24,000 bases of DNA from Actinomycetes bacterium (GTDB taxonomy: Bacteria; Actinomycetota; Acidimicrobiia; Spongiisociales; SHLN01): the NCBI GenBank assembly GCA_024638625.1, contig JAHEJY010000018.1, positions 6,398 to 30,397 on the forward strand. The letters are read 5' to 3'. Of this stretch, positions 8,491 to 16,081 are shown piece after piece (position 1 is the stretch's first letter; every line of letters begins with the position of its first letter). The translations under genes were made by a program, and so were the position numbers. The notes under the pieces are model-generated. The model did not search any database. It was not told where the DNA came from and saw nothing but the letters and a program-made list of their open reading frames with translations.

Positions 8491-9752
8491 ATCAACAAAG
8501 CCGAACCGAGGAGCAAGCCGATGATCAGCGCCAGAGCCGGCAGCACCACTTTCTTGAGCGCCCGCGAGGCCACCGCCATCACGATTCCGCCCTTGACCAG
8601 CGTGTTGGTCGCTGCCGCCAATGCGATGGCAGCTCCTGCTGTGGCATCCTCGACCGGACCATCTCCTCGGGACAGCTCAGCCAACGACAGGGTTATCGCG
8701 TCAACGTCTGCTATACCAGATATCACGGCTGAAGCGTATACCCCGGCTTCACCCAGCCACTCCGAGGCAGCCTTGGCCACGACCAGAACGACCCCGTATA
8801 TCAGCCCGAATTCAATGGCGGGTCGGAGTCGGAAAGGGTTTGAGAAGGTTCCAGTTTCTTCACCCGCATCAGCCGTACCGCGTCGGAAGTACAGGAACAG
8901 CGCTACGGCCAGTCCGGAGACTGCGCCGACCGCCATCGGAAACCAGATCTCCGACAGCAGTTCGAAATTGACGGCCGCAACTTCGATGATGACCCTGACG
9001 AACATGATTGTCCAGGCAAGCAGCAACGCCAACGCCAGTGGTCGCTCGAGCCCTGAACTGTTCTGGCTGCGCTCGGACATTGATATGGTCACGGCCGTGG
9101 ACGACACCAGTCCGCCCAACAGTCCGGTGAGACCGGTTCCCCGCCGGGCGCCGACGGCTTGAATCAAGACGTACCCGATGAATGACAGTCCGGAGATGAA
9201 TACAACCATCAGACCCACATTGAATGGGCTGGTGGCGTTCCACGGTGAAGGACCATACGTCTCGGTCGGGAGCAGGGGAAGAATGAGCGCAGCCAGCACT
9301 GCGAATTTGACCGTGGCGTAAATGTCTTCGCTATCGATCCGGGATGCGATCATGCGCGTTTGCGGCTTGATGGCCAGCAGCGTCATCGTTGCTACCCCGG
9401 CGGCCGCCGCTACGACCAGGTCGCCTGCGAACGCCAGACCGCCTGTCAGAAACACCACAATCGCGGCCAGTTCCGTTGTCTGGCCGATTTCTCCCTCCTG
9501 AATACCGGCTTGATAGGCCAGCGCAACGAATCCCCCGGCTACCAGGAGGGCCGCGACAAATATCCACGGACTACCCAGGAGCTCGCTCCCATACGCCGCC
9601 AGCCCTCCGGCCAAGCCCAGCAAAGAAAACGTGCGTGAGCCCGCGAACATCTCCTCATCGCCTTCGCGCTTCGCATACTCACGCTGAAGTCCAACAAGGA
9701 GGCCGATCCCAAGACCGGCGCCCAATCGCCCAAAAACTTCAGTGAGTTCCAT
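8487..9752 (-). CDS. MgtC/SapB-family membrane protein with DUF4010-type C-terminal extension
   Basis: 421 aa polytopic membrane protein. The N-terminus LGIGLLVGLQREYAKR..FAGSRTFSLLGLAGG matches the MgtC-family start motif. The remainder is multi-TM, as in DUF4010 proteins. Confidence 0.78.
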   Translation of the reverse strand: MELTEVFGRLGAGLGIGLLVGLQREYAKREGDEEMFAGSRTFSLLGLAGGLAAYGSELLGSPWIFVAALLVAGGFVALAYQAGIQEGEIGQTTELAAIVVFLTGGLAFAGDLVVAAAAGVATMTLLAIKPQTRMIASRIDSEDIYATVKFAVLAALILPLLPTETYGPSPWNATSPFNVGLMVVFISGLSFIGYVLIQAVGARRGTGLTGLLGGLVSSTAVTISMSERSQNSSGLERPLALALLLAWTIMFVRVIIEVAAVNFELLSEIWFPMAVGAVSGLAVALFLYFRRGTADAGEETGTFSNPFRLRPAIEFGLIYGVVLVVAKAASEWLGEAGVYASAVISGIADVDAITLSLAELSRGDGPVEDATAGAAIALAAATNTLVKGGIVMAVASRALKKVVLPALALIIGLLLGSALLI

Positions 9753-10081
9753 TGCCGGGCCTCATTGGCTGTTCACACGGGGTCCGATACGGGGGTGGGT
9801 GTATTCCATCAGTTGGCATTGACGCTAACCCGGTCCGGTCGGGCGAACAGAGGCTTTCGCCATTGCGCCGCACGATCAAGGCGAACATCGACCGGGCTGC
9901 GACGTCGGCATCTGCTGCGATCGGCCGGCCGTCTCGGCCGCAGTCCTGGGCCGATCACGATCGGGAATCTAGCGATACGGACATGAGCCCACGGCGCAGC
10001 GCAGAAGATAGAACCCAAGAGATTGAACCATGTTTCAGAAGTCCCGGCATCGGGTAACACCGAATCAGGAGTGGTCGCATC

Positions 10082-10453
10082 GTGAGTAGAAGACCCGTCA
10101 ACATCGTCGGACGATTCCTTGTGGGGTTGGTCGCGGGTGCAGTGGGTTTTTACGGAGGGCTGTTCCTCGTCCTCTCGATCTGGGGCCTCGACGGGACTGC
10201 CTGGGCTCCTTCGGTGATGCTGGCCGGAGCTTCTCTCTTTGGTACTGCAGCCGTGATGATCGCCGCCGGATGTACATCAAAAAGCACGACAATCGGAAGT
10301 ATCGGTGCCTCGATCGGCGGAGCACTGATCGGCTTGGTCATAGACCAATTGGGCACTGGCTTCGAGCTATCGATTCTCAGCGCAGTTGCGATAATCGCGG
10401 GAGGCGTTGGCTTGACGCGATCACGGGACGAAGGCCAACGTAGCCGGCATTGA
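10082..10453 (+). CDS. hypothetical small Gly/Ala-rich membrane protein (about 4 TM)
   Basis: GTG start at 10082 with SD AGGAG at 10067-10071. 123 aa with hydrophobic Gly-zipper-like helices and a charged C-terminal tail. No recognisable family. Confidence 0.5.
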   Translation: MSRRPVNIVGRFLVGLVAGAVGFYGGLFLVLSIWGLDGTAWAPSVMLAGASLFGTAAVMIAAGCTSKSTTIGSIGASIGGALIGLVIDQLGTGFELSILSAVAIIAGGVGLTRSRDEGQRSRH

Positions 10454-10553
10454 GATCACCGTTCGTGCGCGGTGGACGGACGGACCCCGATCTTGCCTTG
10501 GACCAAGGTGACTGAGCAGTGGTCGGTCCTGACTTGTGGGATCATGGCTCTTC

Positions 10554-11714
10554 ATGAGTTCGCTCCTACAGCCCTTCACGGGCTACATACCGGCACCGGA
10601 ATTCGCCCATCGCGTCGTAGGGCCTCCCGTCTCGACGCTATCGCCTGACCAACGGGAGGAAGCACGGGCGGACCCGCTCAGTTTCAGACACGTGGCGGGC
10701 AAAGGGGCAGGAACAACCGTGAAGGAGGCTCGGGAATGGCTGCGAACGTGCAACCAGAACGGTGTTCTGAAGCAGGTGGGTCCTGCGGTCTTCATATATC
10801 GACTCACCAAGGGCAGCAACGCGGTCACAGGTGTGATCGCCGAGGTGTCGATCACTGCATACGACTCCGGCCTCATAAAGCGCCACGAAACCACCATCAG
10901 CAGGACCGAGCGAAAGATGGCGAAGTACATGCACACCACACGGGTGTACGGAAACCCGGTCGCCCTCGCGCATCGCCCTAGCCCGTCCATCTCAGCAACG
11001 ATCTTGGCCGGATCGTCGCGCCACGCCGACTACTCATTTACGACAACCGAAGGGTCAACGCACGAGCTATGGGTAATAGAAGGCTCCTCGGCGATCGAAC
11101 TCTGCAGCGAATTCCCGGGGGAGGTCTATATCACCGACGGGCATCACAGGCTCGCCGCCGCATCGAACATCGCTTCGCGAGAGCGCCGCATGAATCCATA
11201 CCTGCCCGCTGGTCTGTTTTCGTCGGATGAGCTCTACGTGAAATCGTTCGCTCGCTGCATTGTCGACCCGACCATAGATATCGGGGCCACAATCGATCGC
11301 CTGCGGAATGATCATGAGCTAGAGGCCGTGGACGACGATGATATTCGCCCGGGATCTCGACATGAGCTCGGCGTGAAAATCGGAACCGAGACTTTCCGAT
11401 TGCGGATACGGGCCTCTGTCATACCCGATGATGTGTACCACTCACTCGATGTCAAGCTCCTCCAGGATCTCATTCTCGAGCCAGTTTTTGGCATATCCAA
11501 CCCCCGCAACGACGGTCGCTTGCACTTCCTCGCCGACCAGACGGCCGACGGAATATCCGAAATCACGTGCGATGCATATTTTTTGCCGTTTCCTGCGTCG
11601 GTGGGCGATGTCATGGCGGTAGCCGATTCGGGCCGGGCGATGCCACCGAAGTCGACCCTCTTCACACCCAAACTCCCCAGTGGTCTCGTAATTCGCCAAT
11701 TAGACGATTACTAG
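10554..11714 (+). CDS. DUF1015 (COG4198) family protein
   Basis: The N-terminus MSSLLQPF..Y..P..V.GPPVSTLSPDQ fits the DUF1015 start pattern, and the family-typical ITDGHHRLAA motif is present. The ORF track starts at GTG 10536. I prefer ATG 10554 from the family N-terminus. Confidence 0.8.
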   Translation: MSSLLQPFTGYIPAPEFAHRVVGPPVSTLSPDQREEARADPLSFRHVAGKGAGTTVKEAREWLRTCNQNGVLKQVGPAVFIYRLTKGSNAVTGVIAEVSITAYDSGLIKRHETTISRTERKMAKYMHTTRVYGNPVALAHRPSPSISATILAGSSRHADYSFTTTEGSTHELWVIEGSSAIELCSEFPGEVYITDGHHRLAAASNIASRERRMNPYLPAGLFSSDELYVKSFARCIVDPTIDIGATIDRLRNDHELEAVDDDDIRPGSRHELGVKIGTETFRLRIRASVIPDDVYHSLDVKLLQDLILEPVFGISNPRNDGRLHFLADQTADGISEITCDAYFLPFPASVGDVMAVADSGRAMPPKSTLFTPKLPSGLVIRQLDDY

Positions 11715-12610
11715 GGAGCGCTCATCCGATCGACGAACGTGTCGGGATCGATTTGAAACGAAACCAGGAAGTCTTCTAGTTCTTCAGTGGGAGCCTTATC
11801 GAGGTCTTCGATGTAGATCGAAGTCGACGCATCAATCGTATACGTCCCGACTTCGATGAGGAGCCGATCGGCCAGAATGTCACCGCTTTCACTCACCGTC
11901 GCGATCACACGCACAGCCCTGTCTGCACCCGGGACGACCACTTCGCTGTACCAGTTCTCCGGATAGTCGTAGGCGAACTCCTCGAACTGCTGAAGCTGCT
12001 CCGCAAGCTTTTGCTCTATCAGATTCCCGTCAAACACGAAGGCCGAGTATGACGTATAGAAAGCGCCATCCAAGAATCCTTCAACCGGATCGCGCGGCGT
12101 TGTTCTCTCGCTGAATGTCCAGGTCCCGGTACGAGGTGTTCGGAACGTCACACCCGGGATCTGCAGATCGAGCCTGCCTCCGCCATTCGCGAGGAACTCC
12201 GCGGCGACATGGGCGCAACGATCGCTGTTCGGCAGCTCCACCATCACCCACCAATACCTGGTTCCGTCATAGGACAACGTTGCTGGATATGTGCCGAGCA
12301 CCGTGCCGACATCGACCTGGCCAAGCTCTTCGCTGTCCAACGACGGTGCGCCCCGCAGCCGAACCCAGTTCTCTACCCCGGATACGGTCGCATCGGCCAC
12401 AGGCTGGCCGGCCGGACAATCGACCCCCGCCAGAACAACCGTGGTCGTGGACGACGATGTAGTCGAGGACGTCGTTGTTGTAGAAGGGTCAACGGCGGTA
12501 GTCGAAGTCGAAGATTCGCCGGTAGCTTCGGTGGTATCGGATGCCGCCTCGCCGCAGGCCGAAATGACCAATGCAATCAACAGTGTCGTTGCCCATAGCC
12601 GTAGCCGCAT
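11711..12610 (-). CDS. secreted lipoprotein with Ser/Thr-rich linker, function unknown
   Basis: Signal peptide MRLRLWATTLLIALVISAC with lipobox I-S-A-C. This is followed by a TTEATGESSTSTT..TTTTSSTTSSSTTT linker and a globular domain of about 220 aa (a possible SH3b-like stretch WVRLRGAPSLDSEELGQVDVGTVL). Its stop overlaps the DUF1015 stop as CTAG. Confidence 0.7.
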   Translation of the reverse strand: MRLRLWATTLLIALVISACGEAASDTTEATGESSTSTTAVDPSTTTTSSTTSSSTTTVVLAGVDCPAGQPVADATVSGVENWVRLRGAPSLDSEELGQVDVGTVLGTYPATLSYDGTRYWWVMVELPNSDRCAHVAAEFLANGGGRLDLQIPGVTFRTPRTGTWTFSERTTPRDPVEGFLDGAFYTSYSAFVFDGNLIEQKLAEQLQQFEEFAYDYPENWYSEVVVPGADRAVRVIATVSESGDILADRLLIEVGTYTIDASTSIYIEDLDKAPTEELEDFLVSFQIDPDTFVDRMSAP

Positions 12611-12790
12611 GAAACAGTCCTTGTCTGACGACGCCGGAGGCGCCTGAAGCGTCGAAGAAGTATCGCAGCTCTGGAGTGGTTCTCGAAAGGAATTTCTTCA
12701 AAAGCGCAGGAGATATCTCGTGGCGTCGGGTGCACAAGAGATGCCGACATAGCGAGCCATTTCCGCCAAAATGCGTTAGCTTTTTCCACC

Positions 12791-14761
12791 ATGACAACCC
12801 TCCCAGACCCTGACGACCTCGTGTTCGACCTGGCCGACATGGATTCAACCGTGTCCCCCGGGGCCGACTTCTATCAGTTCGTGAACGGAGGATGGTTGGC
12901 TGCCAATCCTGTCCCGGACGATTATTCGCGGTGGGCGGCATTCGATGAGGTGCGAGTTGCCAATGAGGATTTGCTCCACGGGCTATTCCAGGCAGCTGCA
13001 GAAGGCCAGGGCGAGCCCGGGACACCAGCCCACTGGTGTGGAGAGTTCTACCGGGCGGGCATGGACACGACGCGGATCGAGGCCGAAGGCCTCGCTCCGG
13101 TCCAGCCGCTCCTGGACAGCCTGGAGTCCATCGCGAGCATCTCCGATCTGAGCCACGTAGCTTCGGATCTGATCCCGCTGGGCCTCGCTCTCCCGATTGG
13201 TGGCGGCGTAGTTCCTGACTTCGATGACAGTCGCCGACATCTCCTCTATCTCGGTTCAGGCGGAATGGGGCTCCCGGAGCGCGATTATTACTTCCGCGAC
13301 GATGAGCAGTCCGAGCGGCTCCGCGATCAGTACCGGACACATATCGAAGCAATGCTCGATCTCAGCGGCTATCCCGATCCCGGGGAGCGAGCTGTCCAGG
13401 TTGTGCGTTTCGAGTCGGCGCTCGCCGAGCAGGCCTATACCGCGGCCCAGCAACGGGACATGGATCTGGTGCTCAATCGCAGGGCCGTCTCCGAGCTCGA
13501 TGGCCTCATGCCGAATTTTGGACTCGTGGGCTTCATGGCCCGTTTCGGAGCAACCGGAATCAGCGCAGTAAACGTGGCCAATCCGAGCTTTTTTGCCGCC
13601 GCCGACGAACTCCTGACCGGTGCCGAGATCGAAACCATACGAGCCTGGTCACGCTGGCATCTTCTTTCGAGCGTTGCATCGTCTCTTCCACGTCCGTTCG
13701 AGGATGAGGCATTTCGCTTCTACGGTCAGATATTGGGGGGCCAAAAGGAACAGCGAGAGCGTTGGAAGCGTGTATTGAGATCGGCATCAGCCGACCTCGG
13801 CCAGCTGGTGGCGCAGCTCTATGTGGCCGAGGCCTTCAGTCCGGAGGCCAAAGCGAGAGCTCAAGAAATGGTCGCCCACATCATCGAGTCGATGCGCCGC
13901 GCAATCAGGGGACTCGACTGGATGTCAGAAGAGACGAAACGGGCGGCGGTCAGCAAGCTGGAAGGATTCGTGGCCAAACTCGGCTACCCCGATGAGTGGC
14001 GCGACTATTCCGCATTGGATCTCGGCGACGGACCTTATGTAAATGTCCGGCTCGCCGCGCGCAGATTCGAATTCGATCGGCGTCTAAATGAACTCCACGA
14101 GCCGGTCAACCCGGAAGAATGGGAAATGGGGGCCCACGAAGTCAACGCCTACTACCACCCACTGCGCAACGAGATCGTCTTTCCGGCCGGCATCCTCCAA
14201 CCACCATTCTTCCAGGCAGACGCGGACGATGCCGTGAACTATGGAGGCATCGGGGCCGTGATCGGACACGAAATTACCCACGGATTTGATGACATGGGCA
14301 GCCGCTTTGATGCAAACGGGAACTTCGCAAACTGGTGGACCGAACAAGATCGGGAAGAATTCGAGAGGCGGGCCCAGGTGCTCGTTGATCAGTTTTCCCG
14401 ATACGAACCGCTCGCCGGCCTCTTCGTCAATGGCGATTTGACCCTGGGTGAGAACATCGCCGACCTGGGTGGCGTAACGATCGCGTACGAGGCTCTCCAG
14501 GAGGCCCTCGATCGGAACAACCGCGATCTCGTCGGCGGGCTGACACCCGAACAGAGATTCTTCCTCGCCTACGCGCGGGTCTGGCGGACAAACTCTACCG
14601 ACGAGCATTTGCGGCTTTCGGTCCAAACAGACCCGCATTCCCCCGGCGAATACCGCTGCAACGGACCACTAGGCAATCTGGAAGCCTTCGCTCGAGCATT
14701 CAACCTCTCGAATGACGCCACGATCATCAGGCCCGAGGACGAACGAGCAAAGGTCTGGTAG
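12791..14761 (+). CDS. M13-family zinc metallopeptidase (neprilysin/PepO/Zmp1-like), no signal peptide
   Basis: 656 aa. HEXXH is VIGHEITHGFD, with downstream GENIADLGG and NAYY motifs. The N-terminus has DFYQFVNGGWL, typical of M13. No hydrophobic N-terminal segment. Confidence 0.92.
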   Translation: MTTLPDPDDLVFDLADMDSTVSPGADFYQFVNGGWLAANPVPDDYSRWAAFDEVRVANEDLLHGLFQAAAEGQGEPGTPAHWCGEFYRAGMDTTRIEAEGLAPVQPLLDSLESIASISDLSHVASDLIPLGLALPIGGGVVPDFDDSRRHLLYLGSGGMGLPERDYYFRDDEQSERLRDQYRTHIEAMLDLSGYPDPGERAVQVVRFESALAEQAYTAAQQRDMDLVLNRRAVSELDGLMPNFGLVGFMARFGATGISAVNVANPSFFAAADELLTGAEIETIRAWSRWHLLSSVASSLPRPFEDEAFRFYGQILGGQKEQRERWKRVLRSASADLGQLVAQLYVAEAFSPEAKARAQEMVAHIIESMRRAIRGLDWMSEETKRAAVSKLEGFVAKLGYPDEWRDYSALDLGDGPYVNVRLAARRFEFDRRLNELHEPVNPEEWEMGAHEVNAYYHPLRNEIVFPAGILQPPFFQADADDAVNYGGIGAVIGHEITHGFDDMGSRFDANGNFANWWTEQDREEFERRAQVLVDQFSRYEPLAGLFVNGDLTLGENIADLGGVTIAYEALQEALDRNNRDLVGGLTPEQRFFLAYARVWRTNSTDEHLRLSVQTDPHSPGEYRCNGPLGNLEAFARAFNLSNDATIIRPEDERAKVW

Positions 14762-14787
14762 CGATAAGCAAAGGTCTGGTAGCAATA
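14746..14787. repeat. 21-bp tandem duplication spanning the M13 peptidase stop codon
   Basis: AGCAAAGGTCTGGTAGCGATA (14746-14766) and AGCAAAGGTCTGGTAGCAATA (14767-14787), 20 of 21 identical. Each copy carries the last codons AKVW plus TAG. Confidence 0.9.
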
Positions 14788-14807
14788 ATCGTCATCCGCA
14801 GCCGGAT

Positions 14808-14836
14808 TTGATTCGAATACACCCGACCGGATAAAT
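14808..14836 (+). promoter_or_regulatory. sigma70-like promoter candidate for the heliorhodopsin unit
   Basis: TTGATT (14808-14813), a 17-nt spacer, then ATAAAT (14831-14836). The predicted start is about 14843-14845, giving a very short leader before ATG 14856. Confidence 0.35.
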
Positions 14837-14855
14837 CTGCGAAGATGGACAGAGC

Positions 14856-15596
14856 ATGAAGACTGACCGCCTGAGAATGTACAACCTCGTGATGGGAGGA
14901 CTTCACGCCGTTCAGGGCGTGCTCGTCGTGCTGTTGTCTAATGGCTTTTCCCTGCCGGTAACCGCCACACTTGCCGAGGGTCCTCCCGGTACCCCGCTTT
15001 CCGATCCGGCCACGCTGTTCGAAATTCCGGTTGGAGCCGGCGTCGCCCTATTTCTGTTTCTATCGGCGTTGTTTCATTGGATCATCATCTCGCCACCATT
15101 CTTTGACCGATACCTCGAAGGGCTGACCCGCCATCGGAATTATTTCCGGTGGGTCGAATATTCACTTTCCTCGTCGGTGATGATCATTCTCATCGCCACG
15201 CTGGTAGGCATCAGCGACATCGCAGCGCTCGTTGCCCTTTTCGGTGTGAACGCATCGATGATCTTCTTCGGAGCGGTGCAGGAAAAGTACGAGGAGCCGG
15301 GGGGATCACTGCTTCCATTCTGGCTCGGCACCATTGCCGGCATAACCCCCTGGATCGCCATCACGATCTACCTCTCTACCCCGCTCTCGGATTCCAATCC
15401 TCCGGGTTTCGTCTACGGCATATTCTTCTCCCTCTTCTTCTTCTTCAACACGTTCGCCATCAACCAGTGGCTGCAATACCGCCAGATCGGCAAATGGAGT
15501 GACTATCTCTACGGGGAACGGACCTACATCCTCTTGAGCCTGCTCGCCAAGTCGGCTCTGGCCTGGCAGGTGTTCGCCGGCACACTCGCGGCCTGA
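14856..15596 (+). CDS. heliorhodopsin (7-TM retinal protein, inverted topology family)
   Basis: 246 aa. Collinear by eye with heliorhodopsin 48C12 as I remember it. Matching motifs: PPGT, LFH, FRWVEYSLSSSVM (Glu101, nt 15156-15158), FGVNASMI, LPFW, PGFVYGI, FFFNTFA..QWLQY, and KWSDYLYGERTYILLSLLAKSALAWQVFAGTL (Lys232, nt 15549-15551, the putative Schiff-base lysine). Confidence 0.9.
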   Translation: MKTDRLRMYNLVMGGLHAVQGVLVVLLSNGFSLPVTATLAEGPPGTPLSDPATLFEIPVGAGVALFLFLSALFHWIIISPPFFDRYLEGLTRHRNYFRWVEYSLSSSVMIILIATLVGISDIAALVALFGVNASMIFFGAVQEKYEEPGGSLLPFWLGTIAGITPWIAITIYLSTPLSDSNPPGFVYGIFFSLFFFFNTFAINQWLQYRQIGKWSDYLYGERTYILLSLLAKSALAWQVFAGTLAA

Positions 15597-16060
15597 TGGT
15601 CGAGTCCGTGTGGGACTACCCCCGTCCACCGTTGGCCGAGCCAAGCGACCGGTTGATCGAGATTGATTTCGACGGTGAAACCATCGTGGCAACCCGGGAC
15701 TCAATTCGGATACTCGAAACGAGCCATCCGCCGGTGTATTACCTGCCCGTATCCGCCTTCGCTCCTGGCGTCCTCCGGCCCAGCGACCCTGGCACGTTCT
15801 GCGAGTTCAAAGGCAGTGCGTCGTACTTCGATGTCGTCGGCGACGGCCGAATCGAGGCGGCCGCGGCCTGGGGTTATCCACGACCGGCATCGGGCTACGA
15901 GTCACTTGCTGGTCGGGTTGCCCTCTACCCGGCACGCATGGACGCCTGTCGGGTGGATGGCGAGTCTGTCATGGCCCAGGAGGGCGATTTCTATGGCGGC
16001 TGGATCACATCTGACATCAGTGGACCTTTCAAAGGGGCCCCGGGCACGCTCGGATGGTGA
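15596..16060 (+). CDS. DUF427 domain protein (long ~155-aa form)
   Basis: DUF427 core pattern: ETSHPPVYYLP....L.PSD..T.CEFKGSASYFDV......AAWGYPRP...Y..LAGRVALYP. The C-terminal FYGGWIT..ISGPFKGAPGTLGW tail is seen in long-form members. Its ATG (15596-15598) overlaps the heliorhodopsin TGA (15594-15596). Confidence 0.85.
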   Translation: MVESVWDYPRPPLAEPSDRLIEIDFDGETIVATRDSIRILETSHPPVYYLPVSAFAPGVLRPSDPGTFCEFKGSASYFDVVGDGRIEAAAAWGYPRPASGYESLAGRVALYPARMDACRVDGESVMAQEGDFYGGWITSDISGPFKGAPGTLGW

Positions 16061-16081
16061 CCTCGGGTATCTGCGCCGGAC

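Noticed and set aside
9809-10060. 83-aa minus-strand ORF in the same intergenic region, as a possible leader protein
   Set aside because: There is no Shine-Dalgarno. The second half is Arg/Pro-rich (RPRRPADRSRCRRRSP), typical of non-coding GC-rich sequence. No support beyond being open.
9753-10081. M-box (ykoK) Mg2+ riboswitch in the leader of the MgtC-like operon
   Set aside because: Reading the minus strand, I could not find the conserved M-box blocks (GUUAGGUGAGGC-like 5' element, AAGGUGA, or the GCCAUACAGUGCUAAAGC-like 3' element). It is kept only as an open question in the findings.
12489-13352. 287-aa minus-strand ORF spanning the lipoprotein/peptidase divergent region
   Set aside because: It is extremely Arg/Pro/Gly-rich. 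It overlaps two well-supported genes and their intergenic promoter region, so it is not a plausible protein.
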